From assembly GCA_022709665.1 (NCBI GenBank), contig JAKLIJ010000002.1, positions 1 to 46,188 on the forward strand: 46,188 nt of DNA, given 5' to 3'. A model generated the notes under the pieces. It saw nothing but the letters and a program-made list of their open reading frames with translations, was not told the DNA's origin and searched no databases. Positions within the stretch are counted from its first letter, which is position 1, and each line of letters begins with the position of its first letter. Below are positions 26,032 through 33,677 of the stretch, one piece after another. The DNA is from Bacteroidota bacterium (GTDB taxonomy: Bacteria; Bacteroidota; Bacteroidia; Bacteroidales; VadinHA17). The position numbers and the translations under genes were made by a program.

Positions 26032-27807
26032 CTACAATTGTATCAGCAGAACTTCTTTTTTTCCGTTTCTCAAAATCTCAACGCTGATTGTTTCCCCATG
26101 TTTCAGCTGGCCCATCCGGTACATGTAATCCTGGATGTTGTTGATTGATTTGCCGTTAATGGCTGTGATGATGTCTCCTTTCTTCATGCCTCCCAGGGCG
26201 GCCGGCTTACCCGGCGTTACCAGGTCGGCGCGAAGGCCGTTCTTTATGTTCCCGGCGAAATCGGGCATGATCCCCAATGTCACGCCCTGTCTTCTCATGG
26301 TCCTGACAGCCTCCTGCTTCGGTCCGGCTTCAGTGAAAGCAAGCTTGTTTTCGTCGTTGGCAAGCTTCTCTGCCACATTGTAAATAATATCCGATATCCC
26401 TGCCATTCCCTGATAATTAAGCTTTTCCCAGGTGTCGGAAGGGGTATGATAATCGAGATGGGCTCCGGTTGTAAAGAAAAGGACCGGAATATCCTTACCG
26501 TAAAATGCTGAATGGTCAGAGGGCCCTGATCCTTCCTCCGACAAGGTAAGATTAACTGAATTTGTATCGACCAGTGAGACAATTAGTTCCTTCAGAATGG
26601 GGGAGGTTCCTATACCTCCGACCTGAAGGGAACCCGAATCACTCAGCCTGCCAACCATATCGAGGTTGATCATGGCGTTGACTTTTGAAAGATCGACAGG
26701 CGGATTTTCGGTAAAGTATTTTGAGCCAAGAAGCCCTGATTCCTCGCCCGAGAAACCTGCAAAAATGATGCTTCTCATGTTGCCTTTATCTGTGAGGGCA
26801 AATTTCTCAGCTATCTCAATAAAGCCGGCGACACCCGAGGCATTATCGTCGGCACCATGATGAACGGCAACAGTGTCGCCTGCACGGCTTGAAGAGCCTC
26901 CCATGCCGAGGTGGTCATAATGACCTCCGATTATCAGATACTCATCCTTCAGATTTTCATCCTCTCCTTTGAGGACCATAACCACATTCCGGGTTGGGCT
27001 AAGCGCCACTGTGACATCTGAACCGGCATTTACTTCCACCCCCGTTGCAAAACCGGTACTCTTATGTGATGTGTTTATTTCAGTCTCCAGACCAGCCGTC
27101 GTTTTGCCCTTTGCTGAAAGTATCCTGTCGGCAACGTTCCTTTTTATTCTCAAAACAGGGATGCCTACAGGCCAGGCTTCATTCGACAGGCCGCTGAAAG
27201 TGTCGCTGTTGTCATTTACGGGCCCTGACACCATGAGAACACCGGCGGCTCCCATGTCTTTGGCGAGCATGACTTTGTCCCTGTCACCGTTGAAGGGTAT
27301 GAACCCGCTGACTGAACGGTTGGGTTCCGGATCGCCTCTGAGCAGCAATGCCCATTTTCCCTTTACATCAACGTCACTGTAATCATCCCATTTAATGCTG
27401 TCATTGCTGATCCGGAATCCATAACCGGCAAAGACAACTTCTGCACTGAGTTCAGCAGTTTCGCTGAAGGAAAAGGGAGAAATATCAGCTTCCGGATCAA
27501 AGGATTGGTCTCCGATCGACAGAAAATTCCTTTTACCCGAGGTAACCTTGTCCGACACTTCAAAATGCTGGAATCCTTCCCCTTTCAAGGGTTCAAGTCC
27601 GGCCATCTGTAACCTGTCCCTGATATATAATGCAGCCAGGCTGTCTCCTTCAGTCCCTGTCATCCTTCCTTTAAGTTCGTCGGATGAGAGGAATCTGACA
27701 TGATCCTCCAGCTCTTTCGGAAATATATTCTTTGATATGCTGCTGTTGCACGACCAGGCGGCAAGCGAAGCCAGTAGTATTGTAAACTGAAATGTCCTTA
27801 TTGTCAC
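26032..27807 (-). CDS. M28-family peptidase lipoprotein with PA insert and C-terminal PDZ domain
   Basis: The lipobox-like N-terminus is LLASLAAWSC. M28 metal-ligand contexts are GGHYDHLG, HHGADDNASG, FSGEESGLLGS and NLDMVG. The C-terminal PDZ-like segment is GGMKKGDIITAINGKSINNIQDYMYRMGQLKHGETISVEILRNGK. The start is a GTG, 9 nt after the rocD stop. Confidence 0.8.
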   Translation of the reverse strand: MTIRTFQFTILLASLAAWSCNSSISKNIFPKELEDHVRFLSSDELKGRMTGTEGDSLAALYIRDRLQMAGLEPLKGEGFQHFEVSDKVTSGKRNFLSIGDQSFDPEADISPFSFSETAELSAEVVFAGYGFRISNDSIKWDDYSDVDVKGKWALLLRGDPEPNRSVSGFIPFNGDRDKVMLAKDMGAAGVLMVSGPVNDNSDTFSGLSNEAWPVGIPVLRIKRNVADRILSAKGKTTAGLETEINTSHKSTGFATGVEVNAGSDVTVALSPTRNVVMVLKGEDENLKDEYLIIGGHYDHLGMGGSSSRAGDTVAVHHGADDNASGVAGFIEIAEKFALTDKGNMRSIIFAGFSGEESGLLGSKYFTENPPVDLSKVNAMINLDMVGRLSDSGSLQVGGIGTSPILKELIVSLVDTNSVNLTLSEEGSGPSDHSAFYGKDIPVLFFTTGAHLDYHTPSDTWEKLNYQGMAGISDIIYNVAEKLANDENKLAFTEAGPKQEAVRTMRRQGVTLGIMPDFAGNIKNGLRADLVTPGKPAALGGMKKGDIITAINGKSINNIQDYMYRMGQLKHGETISVEILRNGKKEVLLIQL

Positions 27808-27816
27808 AAAGAGATT

Positions 27817-29028
27817 TTATTCAAATAGTTTAAATGCTTCCTTTATAAGACCTATTGCCTCCATAAGCTGGGCTTCGGTGATAACGAGCGGGGGAGCAAA
27901 GCGGATAATGTGCTCGTGAGTCGGTTTGGCAATGACACCCTTGTCCTTCATGGCAAGGCAGACATCCCAGGCAGTCTTTCCGTTCTTTGGCTTGATGACC
28001 ACGGCATTGAGCAGACCTTTGCCTCTGACAAGCTCGACCATATCGGATTTAATTCCTTTCATTTCGCTGCGGAAAATCTTCCCGAGTCTTTCTGCATTCT
28101 CCGCCAGCTTTTCGTCTTTGAGCACTGAAAGCGCCGCAATGGCAACCTTCGCTGCAACAGGATTCCCTCCGAATGTCGATCCGTGTTCTCCGGGTTTGAT
28201 GGTGAGCATTATTTCGTCATCGGACAGCACTGCTGAGATTGGCATCAGACCGCCGGAAAGAGCTTTGCCCAGGATCAGAATATCGGGCCGTACTCCTTCA
28301 TGGTCGCATGCCAGAAGCTTGCCTGTACGGGCAAGTCCGGTCTGGACTTCATCGGCTATGAAAAGGACATTGTGCTTTTTGCAGAGATCGTATGACTTTT
28401 TTAAATATCCTTCGTCGGGAACAAACACACCGGCTTCACCCTGGATAGGCTCCACGAGGAATCCTGCCACATCGGGATCCTTCAAAGCATTTTCAAGTGC
28501 ATTGAGGTCATTATATGGTATCGTTATGAATCCGGGAGTGAATGGCCCGTAATCGTTTCTGGCATCCGGATCAGTCGACATCGATATGATCGTGATGGTC
28601 CTGCCGTGGAAGTTACCTTCGCAGCATATTATCTTTGCATTACCCTGGGCAATGCCTTTCTTTTTATATGCCCATTTACGGCACAGTTTCAGAGCCGTTT
28701 CATCAGCCTCTGCACCGGAGTTCATCGGAAGAACCTTGTCGTAGCCGAAATAGCGGGTTACAAACTCCTCATACTCACCAAGCACAGAATTATAGAATGC
28801 CCTTGATGTGAGAGCAAGCTTCCTGGCCTGGGCAACCATGGCATCCACTATCCTTGGGTGACAATGCCCCTGGTTCACTGCTGAATAAGCCGAAAGAAAA
28901 TCGAAATATCTCTTCCCTTCAACATCCCAGACAAATGGTCCTTCTCCTCTGTCGAGTACTACAGGCAGCGGATGATAATTGTGAGCTCCGTACTTGTCTT
29001 CCCGGTTAATATAATCCTGTGAATTCAT
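27817..29028 (-). CDS. rocD: Ornithine--oxo-acid aminotransferase
   Basis: [46 protein letters not shown] is present. The PLP-lysine context is [12 protein letters not shown]. It has class-III aminotransferase length (403 aa). Confidence 0.9.
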   Translation of the reverse strand: MNSQDYINREDKYGAHNYHPLPVVLDRGEGPFVWDVEGKRYFDFLSAYSAVNQGHCHPRIVDAMVAQARKLALTSRAFYNSVLGEYEEFVTRYFGYDKVLPMNSGAEADETALKLCRKWAYKKKGIAQGNAKIICCEGNFHGRTITIISMSTDPDARNDYGPFTPGFITIPYNDLNALENALKDPDVAGFLVEPIQGEAGVFVPDEGYLKKSYDLCKKHNVLFIADEVQTGLARTGKLLACDHEGVRPDILILGKALSGGLMPISAVLSDDEIMLTIKPGEHGSTFGGNPVAAKVAIAALSVLKDEKLAENAERLGKIFRSEMKGIKSDMVELVRGKGLLNAVVIKPKNGKTAWDVCLAMKDKGVIAKPTHEHIIRFAPPLVITEAQLMEAIGLIKEAFKLFE

Positions 29029-29140
29029 GTTATTGATAATTAATTAGTTATGATAAATCGAAAAATAAGATACAATTTTACAAAAGCTTTTCGTCTTTTC
29101 CAAAAACTCATTGGCTCATATTGACGGCATGAAGGAAAGA

Positions 29141-29308
29141 GTCTTGCGGTCTTGCAGTCCCTTCGTCCCTTCGTCCCTTTGTCCCTTTGTCCCTTCGTCC
29201 CTTCGTCCCTTCGTCCCTTCGTCCCTTTGTCCCTTCGTCCCTTCGTCCCTTCGTCCCTTCGTCCCTTCGTCCCTTAGTCCCTAAGTCCCTAAGTCCCTTC
29301 GTCTCCCA
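29141..29308. repeat. 8-nt tandem array: 18 in-phase units at 29157-29300 (12 GTCCCTTC, 3 GTCCCTTT, 1 GTCCCTTA, 2 GTCCCTAA), flanked by degenerate units GTCTTGCG and GTCTTGCA (29141-29156) and GTCTCCCA (29301-29308)
   Basis: Counted unit by unit from the sequence: 144 nt = 18 x 8 with no indels. The minus strand reads (GAAGGGAC)n. The array overlaps the last codons and the TAG stop (29289-29291) of trmD. Confidence 0.95.
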
Positions 29309-29975
29309 ACAACCCCGGTCTCAGCCTCCTTGTCCTCTCCACCGATTGCTCATGCCTCCACTTTTCAATATTTGCCGTGTGCCCCGAGAGCAGTACATCC
29401 GGGACCTTCCATCCCAGGAATTCTGCAGGCCTGGTATAAACGGGGGGAGCAAGCAGGTCGTCCTGGAATGAATCGGACAGGGCCGACTGCTCATCACCAA
29501 GCGCTCCGGGAATAAGCCTCACCACTGCATCAATTATTACCGCAGCCGGGATTTCTCCGCCCGAAAGAACATAATCGCCTATCGAGATCTCACTGGTCAC
29601 GAGATGATCCCTTATCCTCTGGTCTATCCCTTTATAATGGCCTGCGAGGATAATCATATTGTTATTAAGCGACAGCGAGTTGGCCTTCTTTTGTGTCAGC
29701 TTCTCACCATCCGGCGAGGTGTAAATTATTTCGTCGTAGTCCCTCTCTCTTCTGAGCTCTTCGATGGCCTTGTAAACCGGCTCAATCATCATCACCATGC
29801 CGGCGCCTCCTCCAAAGGCATAGTCGTCGACACTTTTATACCTGTCGCTGGCATAGTCGTGGAGGTTTACAATGTTGATTTCCACAAGGCCTTTATACCT
29901 GGCTCTCTTTACGATCGACCAGTTCAGAGGGCTGTAAAGCAATTCCGGCAGAACAGTAAGAACATCAATTCTCAT
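29289..29975 (-). CDS. trmD: tRNA (guanine37-N1)-methyltransferase
   Basis: [13 protein letters not shown]..., [66 protein letters not shown] and YTRPAEF...[17 protein letters not shown] are present. The final residues LGDEGT and the stop are encoded by the 8-nt repeat. Confidence 0.95.
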   Translation of the reverse strand: MRIDVLTVLPELLYSPLNWSIVKRARYKGLVEINIVNLHDYASDRYKSVDDYAFGGGAGMVMMIEPVYKAIEELRRERDYDEIIYTSPDGEKLTQKKANSLSLNNNMIILAGHYKGIDQRIRDHLVTSEISIGDYVLSGGEIPAAVIIDAVVRLIPGALGDEQSALSDSFQDDLLAPPVYTRPAEFLGWKVPDVLLSGHTANIEKWRHEQSVERTRRLRPGLLGDEGT

Positions 29976-29990
29976 TCAATTTCGTTTGCT

Positions 29991-29998
29991 CAAAATTA
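29991..29998 (-). promoter_or_regulatory. Bacteroidota-type -7 promoter box TAATTTTG upstream of trmD
   Basis: The plus strand reads CAAAATTA, so the minus strand reads TAATTTTG. There are 15 nt between the box and the trmD ATG (29975). No clear -33 TTTG is present. Confidence 0.45.
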
Positions 29999-30065
29999 GT
30001 AAAAAGCACAGAATCGCAGTATTAAAATCCACCTGTCCGGGGAAAGTCGAATATTCCTCATTGTG

Positions 30066-30779
30066 TTAAAACCAGTCATCCAGATATTGGAGAATGCTGA
30101 TGATCTCATTATGAGTCTTGAGTCTTCCTGATGCACTATTCCTTATATATCTCCTTATGAGATCAGATTTATCGGGATAAGCCTTGCAAAGTGTATGACC
30201 GTTGAATTTCTTAAATACAGATAATCTTGAATCATGTCTGATAAAATATACCGGCTGTTCAATGTAAATGTCCCTTATTGAAATTTTACCATTGACTGAA
30301 TAGTTTTCTTTCCGCAGAAAAAACTTTGTATGGTAAATGAACAGTTTTATCTTATTAAAATCTATTTCCTGCAGGAAGCATAAAGTTGAATCACTTACGA
30401 AGTCTTTTCTAATCTTCATCCTGGTGAATGACACGCTTGAGTCACCTCTGAAATAATTGAAATGAAAGCCCCTGACTGATTCCTTATCCAATTTTATCAC
30501 ATTATTCAGGACCGGTTCCCTCCAGAAAAGTTCATCGGTCAAACCATTGTATCTCAAAAAGACATTACTGATTTTATCACCTGTCTCAAGCAACAGATCA
30601 CCTTCGATCCAGTCCGGGTTAACGTAGGTATCCGGCTGAAGATCTCCTGTATATAACTCACCTGCAACATTCTGATATCGGACCTGCTGAACCCTGGCAA
30701 ACTCGTTCTGACTTACCTGCCCTGGCAATGGCAAAGAGGTCAATATTAAACCTGATATGATAATGTGTCTGATTTTCAC
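30066..30779 (-). CDS. Secreted hypothetical protein (237 aa), last gene of the TonB-receptor operon
   Basis: A signal peptide is present (MKIRHIIISGLILTSLPLPGQ). It lies 4 nt downstream of the preceding gene. I recognise no domain. Confidence 0.6.
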   Translation of the reverse strand: MKIRHIIISGLILTSLPLPGQVSQNEFARVQQVRYQNVAGELYTGDLQPDTYVNPDWIEGDLLLETGDKISNVFLRYNGLTDELFWREPVLNNVIKLDKESVRGFHFNYFRGDSSVSFTRMKIRKDFVSDSTLCFLQEIDFNKIKLFIYHTKFFLRKENYSVNGKISIRDIYIEQPVYFIRHDSRLSVFKKFNGHTLCKAYPDKSDLIRRYIRNSASGRLKTHNEIISILQYLDDWF

Positions 30780-30783
30780 CGGA

Positions 30784-32520
30784 TTATTTTGCTTTTACAA
30801 TTATCGTTGCAGAACCTGCAACCGGCAGGCCGCTTCTTGTAATTCCCTGGACATTTATAACATAATCCCCCTGAATGTCCGAAGACCAGACAGTAAAATC
30901 CATTTTGCTACCATGAGGTTTGAATTCCGGTTCCCAGAAAAGTACATATCTCAGATCGGGATAATGTGAAGGAAGGTCTGCAGGATTAAAATGCTTTGGT
31001 TTAGTAAAACTAATACTTTCATCAGTTTGTGTTTGTCTGAAAGGTTGCGAAAAACTTATGTTTTTAATTGCATCCTTCTTGCTTGCCACGTTAAGTATTC
31101 CATTGAAATATAACCCGTTAAAATACCTGACATTGGGAACGGTTTCAATATATCCGATATCTTTTGAGCCAAGCTCAATGATCTGATCCACATTGTCGAC
31201 CGGGACTCCATCGAGAAATATAAGGGGTTCTTCATCCGATACAATCTCATATTGGAGGGAGGGAAAACTGGCTGAATAGGAGCCGTTGTTTTTCCTTATC
31301 CTGAGACCAGGTATGATTTCGCGCGATAATTCGAGAAAATCGTTAAGCTCAATGTAATCCGACGGATAGATTACCGCATAAGTTTTAGAATAAACTGCAG
31401 GAGGTAAATGATTTGAATAAAACGTTTCAATTGTATCTGGTTTAGCCTCTGATCCATAATATCTTGCAACTTGTCCTGTCTTAACAGCCCGTTTAATGAA
31501 CTCCCTGACATAATGCGTGTTAAAATCCCGGGTCAGCTGGAAAGGTTCTTGTATAGCATATTTTGAATCCAGGTTGATCTGAACATTTGCCTTGCTTCTG
31601 AGCTTCAAATAGATCTCTTTGCCTTCATACCAGGGATTAAGGTATATGCAGAACTTACCCGATGAATCAGTCGTGGTGTATTGAAGATTTGGTACAGTAT
31701 CAACTGCCGACAGGAATATGGTATGGCTTTCCGGTAGTGATGAGAAACTAATTCCTGTCTTTGCTGTTCCCGGTATCTCTGAAACAGTCCCCTCAATTAC
31801 AGATGCGCCGGATTCCATTTCGTAAGTAATCCCCGGGCCATTCGAATTTGTCTGACTTTGACCTTCCGTGTCGTTTGAGAAAGAATCCGTAATTGACAGA
31901 ACCGGCAGTGAATAATCGATTACCTGGCTGACCGAAATTGAAAGAGATGAAATTTCATTGACAGGCAATTCCCCCGGCTCTACTGTAAAAGCAATTTCTT
32001 CTCTTCTTTCATAGATGCTTTTGTCCGTCAGTATTTTAAGATTCAGTGACCCTGGTTTTGAAACTTTTGAGCTTATATTTACCCCTGATGATTGCCGGTC
32101 TTTTTCCAGGAAATAACTAACATCATCATCAAACCTGTTTGCAATTATTATTTCTTTTCTGAAGATGGTCCCGGGACGATTTCGCATGAAGTTTGTAAAG
32201 CAGACTATCTGATAAAATCCTGTTTTTAATGTATCGGCAAGCTTAATCGAGCCATAGGACACTCCATCAATTACTTCTAATCTTGAATGTGAAATAATTT
32301 CAGATTTTTCATCCCGGATGATGAAATATGCAAATCTGCTTGAATCCGGGCAATCTGATTTCAGGTACAACTTGTAATAAAGGTTATCACCGGTAATGTA
32401 GAAATTACGGTCAGTATGAAGGTAGGCCGTTTCAGTTTTGATCAAACCGGCAGACGGATTTCCCGGCCAGGATGATCCGGGAATTATTAAAAGCATCATT
32501 AATACAGCCAAATTCGTCAT
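30784..32520 (-). CDS. Exported multidomain protein: MG2-like N-terminal repeats, a CarboxypepD_reg-like segment and a degenerate TonB-receptor plug-like segment, with no beta-barrel
   Basis: The N-terminus is hydrophobic. YLHTDRNFYITGDNLYYKLYL and ILTDKSIYERREEIAFTV resemble MG2 (alpha-2-macroglobulin-type) starts. IEGTVSEI...TTTDSSGKFCIYL resembles CarboxypepD_reg. PLIFLDGVPVDNVDQIIELGSKDIGYIETV...YFNGILNVASKK parallels the plug pattern PLxxxDGVPV...l.p.dIesI.Vl...NGVI.I.TKK. All calls are by eye. Confidence 0.5.
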   Translation of the reverse strand: MTNLAVLMMLLIIPGSSWPGNPSAGLIKTETAYLHTDRNFYITGDNLYYKLYLKSDCPDSSRFAYFIIRDEKSEIISHSRLEVIDGVSYGSIKLADTLKTGFYQIVCFTNFMRNRPGTIFRKEIIIANRFDDDVSYFLEKDRQSSGVNISSKVSKPGSLNLKILTDKSIYERREEIAFTVEPGELPVNEISSLSISVSQVIDYSLPVLSITDSFSNDTEGQSQTNSNGPGITYEMESGASVIEGTVSEIPGTAKTGISFSSLPESHTIFLSAVDTVPNLQYTTTDSSGKFCIYLNPWYEGKEIYLKLRSKANVQINLDSKYAIQEPFQLTRDFNTHYVREFIKRAVKTGQVARYYGSEAKPDTIETFYSNHLPPAVYSKTYAVIYPSDYIELNDFLELSREIIPGLRIRKNNGSYSASFPSLQYEIVSDEEPLIFLDGVPVDNVDQIIELGSKDIGYIETVPNVRYFNGLYFNGILNVASKKDAIKNISFSQPFRQTQTDESISFTKPKHFNPADLPSHYPDLRYVLFWEPEFKPHGSKMDFTVWSSDIQGDYVINVQGITRSGLPVAGSATIIVKAK

Positions 32521-32543
32521 TTTACAGTTCTTAATTCCCCGGT

Positions 32544-33677
32544 TTAAAATATCCAGAAAGGAGGTTTCTCATCAACCCGGCTACCATCAGGAGAGTCAGG
32601 AATCATGCAGGGTATTTTTTTTACAGGAACCTGATCGGTTGAAGGATTTTTAAGTCCTACCTTATAGGATGTATGATTTAATGAAGAAACTTCAAAAAAG
32701 CCGAAAGCTGTTTTGCCTGGATCCGAGATACATTTAATATTACCCTCCATCCTGACCGAGATTGGATCAAAAAGTTTACCTTCAGCAGTGATCTGGTCTT
32801 CGATCTTCTGATAATACGTGAAAGCATCATCATTAAGTGCATAAAGATCAATATACATCACCCTGCCGGAAAGAGTGTAAATTTTTCTATCAGCCGTTGG
32901 ATAGGCCATCGGAGTATTTTCCGGATGGTCAGGCCCCAGGTCATAAGCTACCCCCTCCAAGTATGTGAGGTTATCAACAAAATAAATGGATTGATTTTCA
33001 ATTGAGTTAGTGCTTTTGCCCGAAGGAGAAGCCAATATCACTTCTTTCATTGTTTTATCCAGTTGCCAGCAATAAAATATATACAATGGCGGATCGAAAC
33101 CGGGCGGCGGGATGTTTAATGAATAGGTATACAATTTATACAGTTCCACATCAATTCTGAATCCGGGAAGTTCAGCTTTTTTCCCTTCAATATTTAAAAG
33201 AATTCTGGCGCCGGTAAGCTTCCGTAGTACCTGGTTAAACCTGCTGATATATTCCTGATAATCATTTATTGCATAAACTGAATCCGGCTCATATTCAGTC
33301 TCCATCTTCTGTGGTGTCGATTCATAAACATCCCCCTCGACTGTTTCTATTCTTAAAACGTACGAATCTCCGGGTTTCGCAGTGAATATTGATGCATCAG
33401 AAACATAATCGCCATCAACCGTTTCCCTGAAGAATATTTCTGTCCCCTTGTTATCAGTTACCGATACTCTTGCATTACTTATGGGTTCTGTTCCACCCGG
33501 GGAATAGAATTGCGATGCGTAGTTAAGTTTTATATGATAACTGGCTGCCCTGTTTGTTATCAGTCCGTCAACCACCATTATCTTTTCGTCGTTATCTATG
33601 CCGGTAGTATAGGGTTTGTAGCAGGAAATCATCATCAAACCGGTAAGCAGGATCACCACGATGGTTCTATTACTCAT
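32544..33677 (-). CDS. DUF4249-family lipoprotein
   Basis: The lipobox is LLTGLMMISCYKP, followed by EKIMVVDGLITNRAASYHIKLNYA..., typical of DUF4249. Its ATG shares one nucleotide with the TGA stop of the upstream TonB-dependent receptor (TGATG at 33679-33675). That is the canonical genomic partner of this family. Confidence 0.7.
   Translation of the reverse strand: MSNRTIVVILLTGLMMISCYKPYTTGIDNDEKIMVVDGLITNRAASYHIKLNYASQFYSPGGTEPISNARVSVTDNKGTEIFFRETVDGDYVSDASIFTAKPGDSYVLRIETVEGDVYESTPQKMETEYEPDSVYAINDYQEYISRFNQVLRKLTGARILLNIEGKKAELPGFRIDVELYKLYTYSLNIPPPGFDPPLYIFYCWQLDKTMKEVILASPSGKSTNSIENQSIYFVDNLTYLEGVAYDLGPDHPENTPMAYPTADRKIYTLSGRVMYIDLYALNDDAFTYYQKIEDQITAEGKLFDPISVRMEGNIKCISDPGKTAFGFFEVSSLNHTSYKVGLKNPSTDQVPVKKIPCMIPDSPDGSRVDEKPPFWIF

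Noticed and set aside
29269-29292. TTAGGG / TAAGGG units on the minus strand resembling eukaryotic telomere repeats
   Set aside because: These are only three variant units inside a bacterial GAAGGGAC array in the middle of a gene-dense chromosome. This is a coincidental resemblance.
29141-29308. Possible CRISPR array
   Set aside because: The units are 8 nt and contiguous with no spacers, and no cas genes are present. This is a microsatellite-type tandem repeat, not CRISPR.
29187-29471. Track ORF (+, 94 aa) encoding a repeated SLRPFVPS peptide
   Set aside because: It is simply the translation of the 8-nt array, since three units make 24 nt and therefore an 8-aa period. It runs antisense into trmD and has no independent coding support.
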